A stretch of DNA of 64,000 nucleotides, from NCBI GenBank assembly GCA_030141605.1, contig JAQGDQ010000089.1:612050-676049 (forward strand). Reading direction: 5' to 3'. The position numbers and the translations under genes are program-made. The DNA comes from Tubiluchus corallicola (taxonomy: Eukaryota; Animalia; Priapulida). The notes below the pieces were generated by a model. It saw only the letters and a program-made list of their open reading frames with translations, had not been told where the DNA came from and made no database searches. Below are positions 1 to 14,440 of the stretch, piece by piece; positions within the stretch are counted from its first letter, which is position 1, and each line of letters begins with the position of its first letter.

Positions 1-1351
1 TGCAAAGACTAAAAAACTGAGTTATTTTCTGTAAATTATTCACAGAAAAATCCATGGTAAAGGACCTAACATACCTGGTATCTCTTAAATAGTTCTATCA
101 GCAACTAAACATGCCGAACATTGTAAAAATTGTCAGAACTAATTCTATGTGGAACTTGGAAAGCAAGTTATTTGAGGGACAAAGGGAACTAATTTCAGTT
201 CCAAGTTCCATTTTGTTATGATGAACTAGTTCCAGTTCAAAGTACCTGAAGAAGAAGCTTCTTCTAAGTTTTTCTTTCCATGAACTAGATTCTTTCACAA
301 CCCTGCCTGACATGTGCGCATCTTAGCTACTAAGACATCTCTGTTAGTGTGAAAAAATATCATTTACTAATGATGTAAGTTAAGACCTGCCACAAATGTC
401 AATGTGTCAATTAAACATAAGACTTAGTGGGTTTTGAAATGTGCTGCAAAAACTCATTACGTAGGCTAGATCTACAGGGTGTTCCAGAAGAACGTTGTTG
501 CAGTGATCAAATCACAAGAAATCTTACCTTGAATTTCTGCTTACTAATATCATAACGAAGCACAAATACCATTTTATCTGTATAATTTCGATTTCCTATT
601 AACTTGGTCTTGTACATTCCAGTCTTTCGACGGTACTGCTTTTTCCTGAAATATCCAGTATTTTTGTAGTTTCTTGGAAAAGTTTCTCGTTATGAGAAAA
701 AGCCGTAGCAAGAGATCTTTAAGGGTTGGTTAGCATGCAACAAGAATTTCGCAAGTATTTTTGATAATCGGTTAATTTCTGTTTTGTCTGTTCGATAATT
801 ATTAAACATGAATTGGTAATCTTCATTTTGATTCGCAATGAGTCGGTAGTCCAACTACTCGTCATAATCGACACTCCTTAACTTTCACAACGGTTATCCG
901 ATTTGAGTTAAACTTTCCTAGGTAATTATAATATAGGTATTCTACCTATATTAATGTCATCGCTATATAGAGTTTATAGACGCATGTATAGTGCTCCAAA
1001 CATGGTTTTATTAGTGCTTTAACATCACCTTCCGTAGCGCCGCCACCTCGTAGACACGCCCCCGTACGTGCAAATCTCGCATGCTTCAATATCAATCTAA
1101 TATTCGCCGAGAGATTTTGCTGCAAATTCTATATTAAAATGAAGTGGCAATCAAGGGTTTAGTGTCCGCGCTTAATTACGACATTTTCCTGCAAAAGCTT
1201 AGCCGCCGGTGTTCATTAGTAGTGAGGGATGGTAATCAGAGAGGGTGAAAATTGTTTTGTTCAGTCGTTGCGAAACCAAATAAATTTATTTATGGAAATA
1301 AAATTTCACGAAAGAAAAGAAGAGATTACAGTGAAAAATTTAGAATGAAAA

Positions 1352-1353
<2 letters not shown>

Positions 1354-1399
<46 letters not shown>

Positions 1400-1690
1400 A
1401 AGAGCTAATGAGAGAGATACAGAGGGACAAACGGAGAAAAAGAAAAGGAAAACGAGAGAGCGCTGAGAATGAGTGAAAGAAGAAGAGAAAGTGGGAGACA
1501 CACACACACACACGCACGCACGCTCGCACGCTCGCACGCACGCACACACACACACACACAGAGGTTCTTTCATTCATTCAAAATAATTTATTTATAAAAT
1601 ATAAGTACAACTTACATATATATTTGATATATTTTGCATATATTTATATATAGTATACATATATTGTATATAGTATATATATATATATAT
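1354..1690. repeat. Compound microsatellite: (GA)n, (CA)/(CGCA)n, (TA)n
   Basis: Directly visible runs; they explain the low-complexity ORFs at 1326-1824. Confidence 0.95.
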
Positions 1691-2596
1691 ATTGTAATTT
1701 GTAATATTTTATATTGAGAGTATAAGAGAGAAAGAGAGGGGGAAAGACAGAAGAAAAAGAAAAGAAAGAGAATCAAAACAGACAGTGTAAAGTGTAAACG
1801 CAGCTTTTCACTGAGATCACCCATAGCCTTCTCACAATTTTACCCTCAATTCGCTGATCATACTTCCACACCTTCTCTTCGTGTCTGGAGGCATGCAACT
1901 CATTAACATAAAACTGAAATTTTTCACCCAAACGCTGATTGCTAATATTTGTCAACCTTTCTTCTTGTTCTTGTTGACACGATAATGACTGAGTTTAACG
2001 CAGCTGCCGCCATTTTGATTGTCGTAATAACCTTAATTGTCTAACGCTTGAAAAATGACGTCAGTTTAATAGAAGTTAATTGAGAAAGACATGAAAATGC
2101 GCTTTGCACAATAAATATGATGTATTCGCCTGGATAAAGGGGAAGTTGTCGAGGAAGGATGAAGAAGAGAAAGAGTGAACTACCACAAAGCTTGTATTTT
2201 TTTCGTCTCGCATTTTATCATTTTAAATACGTTTTATTTATTTATCTCAAACCATGTATATTATAGTCCAAGCTATTTCTGCAATTTCTTAATTACAACA
2301 ATTTTTCTACAAAAATGATTATACATTTTTATGTATGCACGGTCACACGATCACGATCAGCATAAGTGTATTTAGCACTGCTGATTTCAAACTTTATATT
2401 TTGTAATGTTTGCTAAATAAAGATAAATAAAAGAATTGATGAATAGTAAAAAAGATTGATATATGAACATTTTTGAACATTTTTGAACAGCAAAAAAACA
2501 CTATAATAACTTAAGAACACAATAGACGATTTTGCCAAAGCATGTGGAAGATAATGCTAATGGTGGTAACCACAAATGGCAATATTTCAGTGACGC

Positions 2597-2912
2597 AATG
2601 ATGATGATGATGATGAAGGTGATGATTATGATAGGGATGATTATTATGATGGCGATAATGAGAACAATGACGATAATGGTGAAAATGATGATGATGATGA
2701 CAATGGTGAATGACGATGATTATGATGACGTAGACGATTATTGTGACAATGATGACAATCACGACAACGCTGACGACGACGACGACGACGACGACGATGA
2801 TGATGATGATGATGATGATGATGATAACGACGACGATAACGACGACAACGACACCGATAATAAGGATGACAATAAGGATGGTAATGATGAATGCGATGAT
2901 CATGAAGACGAC
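2597..2912. repeat. (GAT/GAC)n trinucleotide repeat, degenerate
   Basis: Directly visible; gives poly-D/M/T/H/I ORFs on both strands. Confidence 0.95.
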
Positions 2913-3596
2913 GTTTGTCATGTTTTACATCCGTTTTTTGGGGATTTTGCACGAAATTTCCCAGGAAAGACACACTGCCAAATTCGTAACCATGTGGTGC
3001 AGTATCAACGTGAAATGATGACGACAAAGATGATGAAAACATCGTAATCACAGTAACATCAAAATCATATTCTTAATGTGATGCCGATGTAAAGAATGAG
3101 AGGATGGCGACATTTGTCAGGTTTTATTTCAGTTTTATCAGGGATTTGTCAAAAATTCCAAGAGAGCTGCAACACTCGAGCTTAACTATACAGAGACTTG
3201 CACAGACCTTATTTTGTGCAATTCTCGCGTATTTGACCGCATAATACGATGCCCGTCTAATTAATGACGACGTAAATGGTAAATTGCGCTAAATTTGGGT
3301 TAAAATGAGCGTGAAATGGCGTTCACTGTGGTGACGGCACTGACGGTGTTAAACTCGTAGATTACTTGTTTATTGAGTTTGCCCTGGCCAGTTTCGGGTC
3401 ATTTTCACAAAATAGATTGCTATAAGCGCCACCTGAGCCTGATAATTCACCACAGTAGGGAAAGACGAGTGTGCGATGCCTAGTTGGGCGTGGGGTCCGG
3501 ATGTGTGTACGCTGTTACTGAGTGTATAGCTTCTTTATTTTCCTAAACAAACACTAGGACATCGCATCGCAAAGATAGTCATTAAAATTTGTTTAA

Positions 3597-4181
3597 AGCA
3601 AAACTGGACCCAATCTTAAACTGTGGGTCAAAACAATTTGCTCTTTAAAATATTGAAAGGGAACACACTATTTTTTCACTACCACACAAACACAAATTCG
3701 CTTTCGCGCCGCTAGCTCTTCGCTGTCACATGCATTCGCCATTCGCTAGTTAGACGGGCGTTAGCGCCTGCATTTCGGAAACGCATTACACAAAAACAGA
3801 TACTGTACCTCTCAGTTCAGATGTGTTAGTTTCTGACGAACAACGCACATTCAACAGCGCATGTGTGAGCGGTAAACTTGAAATTTGAATTTTTATCTTA
3901 AAACATGCTTAGTTTTAGTACAACACACGAATATTTTACAGTAGCATTGTAATTCAATTTTCGCTTTCACAAACAGGTGCAACACGCTTGTAGAATATTT
4001 TTGCTACTAAAATCATATTAGTTTGTGATGTCATCAACAGTTAAGCTCGCCTGCCATCAATTGTTTTTAATCTATTATTTTAATTATCAGAAACGCCTTT
4101 GCAGTATTAATCGTGTTAAAATGTTAACTTTTTATCGGATTTGAAAATGGGGTAGTATGTGAAAAATCATCCTGTCTTCCT
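3597..4181. mobile_element. Non-autonomous Kolobok-like DNA transposon, family A copy 1
   Basis: TTAA (3593-3596) + AGCAAAACTGGA ... TCCTGTCTTCCT + TTAA (4182-4185). The interior is the diverged reverse complement of 37342-38182. TTAA TSD with AG.. termini fits Kolobok. Confidence 0.75.
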
Positions 4182-4412
4182 TTAAGTCACGCAATTACAA
4201 ATCATTTTTATCAGCAACAAACTTGTTAGCCATTACGCATTCTCTAATTTGTGCGGTTTTTGAAGCAAATTAAAAAAATTCTTTCCGATTTCTACGGTAC
4301 GTGGGATAAGATAAGAGAGATAGCTTTGCCTAAAAACGTGCGAAAACCTACACGAAAATTAAAAAGTTTTATGCACAAGTCATCAGAAACAGAACAAGTC
4401 AAGTAAACATAA

Positions 4413-4632
4413 TGGAACGGAACGCAACAGAACAGTACGGTACGGTACGGCACGGCATGGCACGGCACGGCACGGTATGGTCCGGTACGGTACGGTGCGG
4501 TACGGTACGGTACGGTACGGTACGGTACGGTACGGTACGGTACGGTACGGTACGGTACGGTACAGTACAGTACAGTACAGTACAGTACAGTACAGTACAG
4601 TACAGTACAGAACGGAACAGAACAGAACAGAA
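4413..4632. repeat. Pentanucleotide array (GTACG)n grading into (GTACA)n and (GAACA)n
   Basis: Directly visible. Confidence 0.95.
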
Positions 4633-5382
4633 TTATCTGAGTCATGAATAAGATAATTTGCAAAACGCATGAGGATATGCATTCACTCAGTTAAGGTATC
4701 TAACAATTGAAATGCAAATCCATAAAAAATTTAGGATGGTTTCTGTGATTAACCTTAGCATTTACCAAAAAATCCTAATGATAATGATAAATGAATAATA
4801 AGTAACGAGTAAAAAGTTAAAGCACTCATGGCACTCTCATTTGGTCACCTAAATTTTCAATATATAGACTGGGTTTGTACAATGGGTTTTGACAGTGACA
4901 TGTGCGTAAGCTAAGTCGAAACGTACAATATGTTTTGGTTAGGCATTTCTTTGGTCTTTCAGACACTAGTGCAGTATCCACTGTTACAAACACAGAGCAT
5001 AAATTCTGCTGTGTGGGTAATTACAACGTATATACAAGGAAAAACTTGCAGTTCTCCAAATATCGTCCTTGTTGTAGTGGAAACCATTATCGTGTACATT
5101 TTCATTCAAAGAGACCCATTAGGCAACAACGAAGCTGATTTTCTGACGTCGAAGAAAAGAAAACGTTTTGCTATTCGTTTAATAAAAAACTGAAGAAAGA
5201 GACTGAAGTTGAATACAAATCTGCAGACGATTCATCTATAATCTACCTGTTTAATATTAGTTATTTTCCGATTTGTAGGATTTGTAAAGTAGAAAGTGTA
5301 ATCACGCTGAAGCCACTCTGAGTTCATATTGTTTTTTTAGTTCCTAACCTAAAACCTTCTTCAAAACCTAAAAGGAGAATGA

Positions 5383-5512
5383 GTTTACAATTCCCCACAC
5401 AATTTGAATGCCCTAACCCTAACCCTAACCCTTAACCTTACCCCAACCCTAATCCTAACCCTGACCCGCTTCACGAACTAATTTCTTGTTTGGGGAGTTG
5501 TAAACGTTAGCC
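5383..5512. mobile_element. Short inverted-repeat element with internal (CCTAAC)n, copy 1
   Basis: GTTTACAATTCCCCA ... TGGGGAGTTGTAAAC inverted termini around CCCTAA/CCTAAC units; second copy at 31210-31358. Confidence 0.75.
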
Positions 5513-8050
5513 CTTAAAAGGTATTCCGCGCAACTGTTTGGAGCCTAAAGAATTCGGTGCAACAGTTTGGCATTGATAGAATTTTTAAGAAACCCTTAAA
5601 ACATGGCGGTCATGCAGAGAATTATCCCAGAAAGAAGACACAACTGCCCACATGATCACAGTTAAAAGAAAGGTTCGTCAGAAAAAATAGTTAAAAGAGT
5701 TTGGCTGGGTTTATTTGGGAGCAATTATTTTGCAAATATCTTCGATGTAAATTTGGTTGAGATTAATTTGTCTTGGAACAACTCGCCGCCATTACTTTTG
5801 GAAGTAAAGCCAGCTGTTGATTCGAGAAAAGGAAGAAAACTTAGAAGTGAGATAGGAGAACGCAGAAGCCATCTAATGGAATTTCTTGAGCAAATGTAGA
5901 GTTAATGACCAGGCAAGAGTTAAGCTGATAGTGCTGATAGCGTCTCGCTTCCTGCAGGAATGATTCTCTTTTCATATTGATTTAGTTTCATTAGACGGAC
6001 TATCGAACTTTCAGCTTTTTGCCGCCTGACGAAAATCGACTTTTACAATTTATGGCTTCACTGCACGAGCGCCAGCTAATGAAGCCGCTTTCATATGCGG
6101 CAATATATGTTGATTTTCTTGAAATATTGTTGGCACTATCAGGCTTAAGCTGGTTTAGTGGTTTTCCTTTTACTGATTTGCAAAGCTTCGAGAAAAGCTA
6201 CATTCTCAGCGTATTTTAGAGATGAGCGAAGGAGTGACAAGATTTTCTAAATTAACCTATGGGATTCATGTAACAGTTTTTTCACCCTATTGTTGAAAGG
6301 CATCAAAATAGAGTAATGAAGCGAATGTCAACCACTGCTAAGTTTTAAAAGCCAAGGCTCACCATTACTAAGTTGCAGGTGTTTTTCAAGCAAGAATGAT
6401 CGCTCCTTCTAATTCAGGCTGGTCTATCGATCACTGGTGCCTGATAGGTTGGATAACTTGATTGGTTGATTGCTTAGTTGTTCGTGTGACTAGTTCATTG
6501 ATCTACTTGGGAACAAATCGGATAGTCAATGGCACATTGATTGGAAGTTTAATTAGAAATTTTTTATTGGTGATTTGTTTGTTCGTCAGTATATTTATTG
6601 AATATTTGGTAGACTAATTTGCTTTTAGTTTATAAATTTATTAGTTGACTGGTTAGTATGCTGACTGATTGATTGGCTGGTTGGTTATACAATTCATGAG
6701 TACAGACTGATACATACCTTGAGAACATCAGCTACTCTTCTTCTTCTACCATAGTCTCTTGGGTAATGTTTGTAATGATCTGCCTAATGGCTACTGGTGA
6801 GGTGAAAATGCGTTTCTCGATGTTTGAGCTTTTACGGTTCTCTTGGGGAGATAGAAAGCCTGCTACAGTGTGACTGTGAAATTCATGTTTTCTAGCATAT
6901 AGTGAGCTTGCAATATTAAGGATTTGTACAGTTTTTCATTTTATGTAGCAAACTAATGTCTAGTGCTTTGTTGATTACTGGTATTTTAGAAGAAGAAGAT
7001 TAAAAGTGACGTATAACTATTGCAAAATTTTGTAATGTTGTACTGCTTACACTTATTTATTATTTCGCTTGCCTTTTTCGAAAACAAAAAACAACTTTTT
7101 TGTTGCAAGCTTATTTGACTCACTAGGCCCTGCAAAATTTATGGGATTCGACTCAGAATCAGATTTTTTGTGCAGCTAACAGTTTTGGCATTATACCGGT
7201 TTGGTCATGTAACTCAAATCCTAATGGAGTTGCACTGGTTCCCTGTCAAACAACGTATTCAATAACTGGTCGATTAATGCGCTCTACAAATAAATTATCA
7301 ATAGGCCTATCGATTATCATTACCTTATATTAATCTTTTTCTTAAACATTTTATCAGATTGTGTTACACACAATGTTAAAATTCAATATCACTTTTGAAT
7401 TTCATTTTTGTGTAATGCCAAATTTTGTTATTGGTTATGCATACTTTTCTAAAATACTTTTTAAAGATGAACAAAGAGTACAGTAGAAAAATTTTCGTTT
7501 ATTGTCATGGCAAACGAATACTCGACATCGTTTATAAAAGGTCATTGGATACTCTGCTATGACGTCATCACACTATTTCCTTTTTTATTCAATGTATGAG
7601 GAGATGAAAGAAGGCAAACAAATTCCCCTCTTGCTTATCACCTCAACACAGTGGTCAACCATCTTCTAAAACTTTGGTCACTTTGTTGGCACTTTGCAGA
7701 TCTCGTACCTTTGAAATCTTGTGGCGCAATAGAGATATTCTTATCACCGCAGCGCAGGTCGGGCGAAGATAACGTCTTACAGCGTTCAGAATTATGAATT
7801 GTTCAATATGCGTCGCTTCTACTGACATAAACGGTCCCATTCAAGCGGCAACTAATTTTAATTAGACTAAGTAAATTTTACGGCCATCACAATGTGGGAA
7901 GTAATTGATAAATTTAATGACGGTGATAAGACAAGCGTAAAAGAAGCGGAAACGATATATAAGCGGGGATGAGCCTAAAATAAAAAAATTAATTAAAAAA
8001 ATGGACTGTCTTTGAAAATAAAGAAGCGACGAAGTAATTTCGACACTTAA

Positions 8051-8410
8051 AGGGCAAGAAGAGGGAATTTTAAAGTATATACCATCAGCAAAATTATATT
8101 ACTTATCATTACGTTTACCTGTTTTTGAAAGACTTAAGTAACTGAAAACGAAAATTCTTAATGATTTAAAACTTTCGGACCATCTGGCAAAACTTTCCCA
8201 GTGTGCACCACTGATTCACCAGAAAAAATGTTATTGATCTTGTCGATAATATAAAGTAATAAAAAAGTTTTACTAGTAAGTGAAGTGTGTGCTACGAATG
8301 CGCTGATTATTTTTCAAACTTTATGCAATGTTATCTAAACTTGTTTTAAGCGATTTAGCGTTAAAATAGCAGCGCCTAACATTCGTCGCGAGAGTTTAAA
8401 TTCACAAGTT
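8051..8410. mobile_element. Kolobok-like element, family B fragment (right end undefined)
   Basis: TTAA|AGGGCAAGAAGA terminus at 8047; 8290-8405 is clearly homologous to 40898-41012. Confidence 0.55.
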
Positions 8411-8984
8411 TTACACAGCGTTACTGCTAACACAATAAGACAGTAGGTCATTTTTAGGTAAGTGTACAATGTATGTTGATAAAACTATAAGACCGAAACT
8501 TTACCAAAAATCTAGCAGTCGCTATCATTGGTTATACTGAAATATTCTAGCTGCTTTACATGATTGCATCTAGGCCTACATTATATAAAAACGCTCGTTT
8601 AGTGTTCATCATCTGCACAATGGTATTCATTTCTCCTACCTACTTTCCCTACTACACTCCCCTTCCTCTCGTTTATTAGCTGTAGAGAAAGCATTACAAG
8701 CAAATCCATATTTCAGACAAAGCATGTATAATATCTGCCACCGGCAGCTGCTTGCTTCATTCGCTTTATACTTTACACGAATGAGCTTTAGTTATGGCGA
8801 ATAGCCAGCCTAACTTAATTAGAAAGGTATAATAGAAGCAAGGTATTCAGCAATTTTCTGCTGATTTCTGTCTCTCACATATCACACACATACTCTACTC
8901 CGTTTCCTCTCTTTCCCTGTCCGTCTCTCTTCCTCTTCTTACCCAGCCTGTTTGCTTTCTCCGCCCCCTCTATTTCTGTTCCTC

Positions 8985-9031
8985 CCTCCTCTCTCTCTCT
9001 CTGTGTGCGTGCGTGTGCGTGTGCGTGTGCG

Positions 9032-9084
<53 letters not shown>

Positions 9085-9166
9085 TTCTCCTTCGCTATCT
9101 TTCTTTTTCTCTTATTTCTCTCTTATTTTCTCCCCTCTCTTCCTTCTGTTTTCCCTAACTCCTTCG

Positions 9167-9255
<89 letters not shown>
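8985..9255. repeat. Compound microsatellite (GTGC)n/(GTCT)n/(CT)n
   Basis: Directly visible. Confidence 0.95.
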
Positions 9256-9257
<2 letters not shown>

Positions 9258-10134
9258 ATCTTTCTCTTTACAAACACGGTACCACACTGAAAACATTTTA
9301 CTCAACAATAATCCGTTTATTTTCATCATTTTCTACTAACAAAAATAATTGCCTTATCAAGCAAATATTAAATAAGCCCGTCGATATAACAATTCGAGTT
9401 TTCTGCGTTCATAACGTTAAGAGAATTCGGAGTTTCCGGGGAAGTCTTCAATTTTCGATTTTAGAGAAATTTCTAGGTTTCTACAAAGCTAGTTGACAGT
9501 GTTAACGACAGGCTAATTGTGTAATTGTGTTTTAGATGCAACATTGATTTAGGCTTCTCTGTCTCCCTCGTCTTCTCATATCTTTCTCTTCTCACCCAGC
9601 CTGTTTTCTCCGCCCCTCGCCCCGTCCGATAAACATCATAACCTAAGCATCTGGAGTTTCTAAATCTCAAGTCTTTAGAAAAGTGGTGCATTAAAAAGGA
9701 AATTTACCTTTATGCACGGAATTATTCATAGGGAAGTTGATGTTGATTCTGACAATTTTTTGCATCTTGCAAAGTTGTATCTTGCAATTGAACTTGGCAA
9801 AATCATTCTCTGAAGCTTTTCGCGCGTCCAAAAGTATCATTTGGTCATTTTCTCTCAAATCGAGTTGTACCGATTTGGAACTTCTTGCCTATATATGTTC
9901 ATGGTGCACACCTCGCACAAAATATAAAGTTATTTAAAAGCCGCTTAAAACTTAAATAAAGTTAACTAACATAAGTTTCCTTGTACACAATAGACACATG
10001 TAAGCAGTTATTCTCTTTGTTCTTTGACCACTCTCTCGTAAATACTGTATTTGTGTGCATTTCGTCAACATATTTTACATATATTGTTTTTATTATAGTT
10101 TACTAATGGGTTGAATAAAATAAATAAAAATAAG

Positions 10135-10285
10135 TAAAATAAGATGTTGCAAATTTAGTTGAAAATTATTTTTGAAATGGCTACTATTATTATTCTTATG
10201 TAATTGCTGTATAAAATAAGATGTTACAAATTTAGTTGAAAATTATTTTTGAAATGGCTACTATTGTTATTCTTATGTGATTGCA
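10135..10285. repeat. Tandem duplication, about 76 bp x2
   Basis: TAAAATAAGATGTT(G/A)CAAATTTAGTTGAAAATTATTTTTGAAATGGCTACTATT... occurs twice in tandem. Confidence 0.9.
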
Positions 10286-11507
10286 GACACAGTTCTTCTA
10301 AAGGAGCTCATGCTTTATTTTCTTAAAAACCTGATTCTTGTGCGCTTGCTAAATTAAAATAACCTCGTGATCACAAAGATTCTGAAGGAGCCGCTATGTA
10401 CTGTAGAAATCGGCAGCTTAGTCCACTTTCCAATCTATTATTGACCCAAATCTCTGGACAAGTCCATAAATCAGTTGATTACGACCTACCGGGTTTTATA
10501 TTGGTCGTACACTCACGGTTAAGAAGCAGATCAACATGGAGCCCAGGGTAAATATTGGCTTCTTAACCCTCTGACTGTCAGTGGGTCATTTGTTAATCGC
10601 CGCAAAGCATTGCTACACTTTTGTAAAGCCATTGAAACTAGCTAACCAACCAAGTAACAAACCAGCCTGCTGGCCTGCTAACAAGTAAGTAAGTAAACAA
10701 CTTATAGCCATTGTGTATTGTGATGTGTGATGAAATACATGTGATGAAATTTGTATGATTTTACGCACTACAGCAAAAAATTAACACTAAAAAATTTCCT
10801 ATTAGCTATCGTATAAATGCTAATAATCTATATACAGCGATAAAGAGGATATTGCAAATTTACTGAAATTTACCGTCGATAGCATAAGCTACAACACTGT
10901 AGAAGGAATTTGAGGTCCTTCTGGTTTTAGCGTTAATTGAACGGTATCTACGGCCAGAATGGAGCATTTCAAAAAAATATTTCCTGCATGGATGACAGTT
11001 GACAGACAACTTGCGCTCTTTTTGAAACCCTCGTTTCGTACAAATGTGCCATAAGTTGCTGTTCATTTCCTACAATTTCCGAAGCGGACTTAAGACTTGG
11101 TCAAGAGTACAGCGATCTCACGACGTGGTAGTGCCATACCAAACATTGAGGGATGTCGTTAAAGTTAAATGATTTAAGTTGTCTTAAAAAGTACAGACGC
11201 TGGCGAACCTTCTTTACACAACAACCACGTTAGCTTCCCATATAAGGTCGTCTGAAATTTTTATTCCCAAAAATTTGCTACCGTCATTTACCTCTACTAT
11301 TTATGAGTGATAGTTGGAATTCTTATCACAGTAAGACGCGTGATTTCGCATTATTGTTTCATTTTCTTCACCATCTTCTTCATGTTTTTCACTCAAGTAT
11401 GTCAGTTCCGTTGTTTTTCTCTATAATAACGTTATCTTTCATGAACAGCTTGAAATTCTGGAAAACTTGATGAACTGTTAGGATTGAGCTATGGTCATAA
11501 TAATAAT

Positions 11508-11580
11508 CAGCAGTGCAGTTCAGTGGTCACAGCAACAGTCTTGTTATCCACAGGTCACTGGTTCAAATCTAACCTTAAAC
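11508..11580 (+). mobile_element. Degenerate tRNA-derived SINE head or tRNA pseudogene
   Basis: A-box-like CAGTTCAGTGG and B-box GGTTCAAATC at tRNA spacing; no intact cloverleaf. Confidence 0.4.
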
Positions 11581-11879
11581 TCGAATTTATTGCATTTGTC
11601 TTTCTTTCAATCCAGTTTGGTTCAAAATGTCAGTGTGGATTTTTTCTATCAGTGTTAATCAGTGTTGCTAAGATATAAAAAGCAGGTTATTCTGTTGTTT
11701 CGTTTCTCTGTAGACTGTACAAGAAAGCTGACTGCTTCCCTTTTGGGACGTTCATTCACACATTCAGTACACATTGTAATAGAGAATTGATTATATTATC
11801 GTGATTTCGTGAAAAGCTCATTAAGATTATTGACACAACATGGCTTATTAAAGCTTATTATATTGCTGCAGCTTGTATT

Positions 11880-12300
11880 GCTTTTAAAATGAAATTGAAA
11901 AGCGGCTTCAAAAGCGTACAATAAACGTACTAATTTTAGTATTTGCAACTAAGCTTTGGTAGGACTGTTGGTTGAATAAAAACACATATTCATGACTTAA
12001 ATTTATTTTAAGATAATTACTATAAAGTATCTGCAATTGATTGTGGCTGTGCTTATTATTTTGAAAACTCAGAACATTTCTTCATAGAATGTCCTCATGA
12101 TTATCCAACTTGAGATGCTATGTTCAGTCAATTAAATAACATATTATTGACTTTACATATCAATATTTTACAATATAGTAATTGAGAACTACTGTCATTG
12201 TGTCTTAGGGGAAATGCTGGTTTTAATGTTATTGTCAACCGTAAGACTTTTGATTGCATTCAAAATTACATTACCATAACTAAACGTTTTAACATGATCA
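11880..12300 (+). mobile_element. 3' remnant of a non-LTR retrotransposon ORF2 (C-terminal CCHC)
   Basis: About 12040-12097 reads CGCAYYFENSEHFFIECP, matching the CxC...ExxxHFFxxCP zinc finger of CR1/L2-group LINEs. Confidence 0.55.
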
Positions 12301-13224
12301 GGCGTTAGGATCCTTTTTATGTAATTACGGTAAATTTTAAGACAGTCATTGCTGTTATTCAATTGTTATATTATTCATTGTGTCTCAACTGCTAACTTTG
12401 TATGTACACGTCTTTGCTTATATGTATTTCTTTGTATGCATATCTATTTGTGTTTGTTTGTATTGATATTACTTATTTTTTTCTGTACTTCTGCTTTCAC
12501 ATATACACGGTGAGGATTCATGTATCAGTTTTAAAACTGTCTAAACTGAATCAGATAAGCTATGTTTACCCTAAGGTATCCAACATGCTTGACTGCGATG
12601 TGTGACGAAAAACTGTTTTACCTGCCGACCGTCTCCTTGTGAAACCTGGTAATGTTTTAAAAATGATGCATTGTATTCTTTTTGGCATCATTGTGTTATG
12701 CTTTTTTAATAATTGTTTTTTGATAATTTTTATTATTTGTGCTTTAATTGTTTTATTGACGTTGTATGTCATTCCTCCAAATTTTTATCTTGTAATGCAA
12801 TGTCTCTTATTTATTTTTTGAAACGTTTTTCCATTTTTATTGTGTTCACACCTTGTATTCAGCTTTACTGCTAGAGTGTGACTTTTTAATAAAATCCATT
12901 ATTTATTATTTATTTATTTATTATTTAACTTGGCTTACGTAATACCTCACTTCTCCCCTCCTTTCCATGTTGTTGCAAATCAAATTAACTGTTCAGATTA
13001 TTTGCAAAAATGGAATCTTTTACTTTGCTTTTAAACGTGTAAATAATGTAAATGAAGTGAATAAAGAAATTAGCATTATAATAATGCTTTATCCTTTATC
13101 TGTTGGTGCAGGTTCGAGCTCAAAATTATCACTTTATTTCGGACCAACCTTTAGTACGAGAACAGTGGAAACTATAGAACAAGTAGTAAAAGTACAGTGG
13201 AGCACATTTCCTGCAGATATTTGA

Positions 13225-14440
13225 TATTTATTCATTTATTTTAGCCATAACAAACTAACACAATAACAAAAAAGATACAAAATAAATTGACCTGTGCAAG
13301 GTTAAGACACCACCACATAGTGGGCACGGCAAAAATGTTGTAAGAAGGTGCAACTACAATCGTCAAAACCACAGAAGCAAAGAAAAGGTGGAGTGTAGCA
13401 AGTGATATGTATCATGACAAATATTTAAACACTACATGTGACATTGTCTAGGATTTTATTATAGGAAAGAACATCTGCGCCAAGGTTGATTATTGAAGGA
13501 CAGAATTTAATTAACTGTAATAACGGCTCTGCTAATGAGCCTATCGATTAGTGAGCAGCAGGACATTCTGTAAAATCGTCAGGAAAAAAGTTCTGAATCT
13601 GCGATACTACAGGAGCACTCCCAATCATCACTTGAATATCTTTCATAGTTTCTTTTCTGTTAGTTTTTCTTGGTTTTTCTCTTATTCGCTTTTCTGTAGC
13701 TGTTTAGTTAATTTAGTTTTTTAGTTTTTTAATTATTATTTGTGCATGTTTCAGTAAAGTATATAGGCCTGTAAATGTCTGTAGAGAATAATATAATTTT
13801 TTGCAGCACATATGATTGTATGCTATTAACCATATATTACCAGCTTAAAAGCTACAGTCACCTTAACAGATTTTCACCAGACTTTACAATAACGGCAAAA
13901 ATACGTCATTTGCTACTTTCGCTTAGTCTGACGACGCGTCCTGTTTCACCTTGCAGCGCAGCTTATCAAGCAGAGGACATAGCAAGGCTAAAGTCACTAT
14001 TAAGCCTAGTATTGATCTGTGCTATGCTTTGATTGAATCTGCGCGGATCGATTCCTTCTTTTTCTTCAGACTCAGCTTCACGAATGCGGGGATTAGTCGA
14101 CATAGATGCTGCATCCCAGTCCTGACCTGATGAACCCTTGTTCGCAAAAGAAGATGGGTCCAAGGACAACACCCTGGGGAGCACCCGCTAGTGGTTGCCA
14201 AGGGAAGCCAATGCGGGCAGAAGAAACGAGTTTCTTGGTCAAACTAGGAAGGATGGACACCATGGAAACTGAAAGATGACCATATTGACCATATGGTAGG
14301 AAAGAAGATGAAGACAATTTGACAACTGCACACAGTTAAGCTAACGGTAGAGAGACTTTCGTGAAGTACATGCGCCTGGTGAGTAGTTACATCATTTTTC
14401 AACAAAAACAGCCTTCGTAACTTAAGCATTTTGTGAACTC
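13225..14440 (-). mobile_element. Fragmented CR1/L2-like LINE (RT fragment plus 3' tail), interrupted by other sequence
   Basis: About 14150-14290 minus gives SFHGVHPSLV and GAPQGVVLGPIFF (RT motif GVPQGSVLGPLLF); (AATA)-type tail at 13225-13240. Joining the two parts is inference. Confidence 0.6.

Noticed and set aside
474-490. Tc1/mariner TIR TACAGGGTGTTCC
   Set aside because: No matching inverted partner found in the window
2511-3051. Asp/Met/His-rich ORFs resembling biomineralisation proteins
   Set aside because: Open in several frames on both strands because of (GAT/GAC)n; no signal peptide
5411-5465. Interstitial telomere (CCCTAA)n
   Set aside because: Short, degenerate and embedded in a dispersed inverted-repeat element present twice
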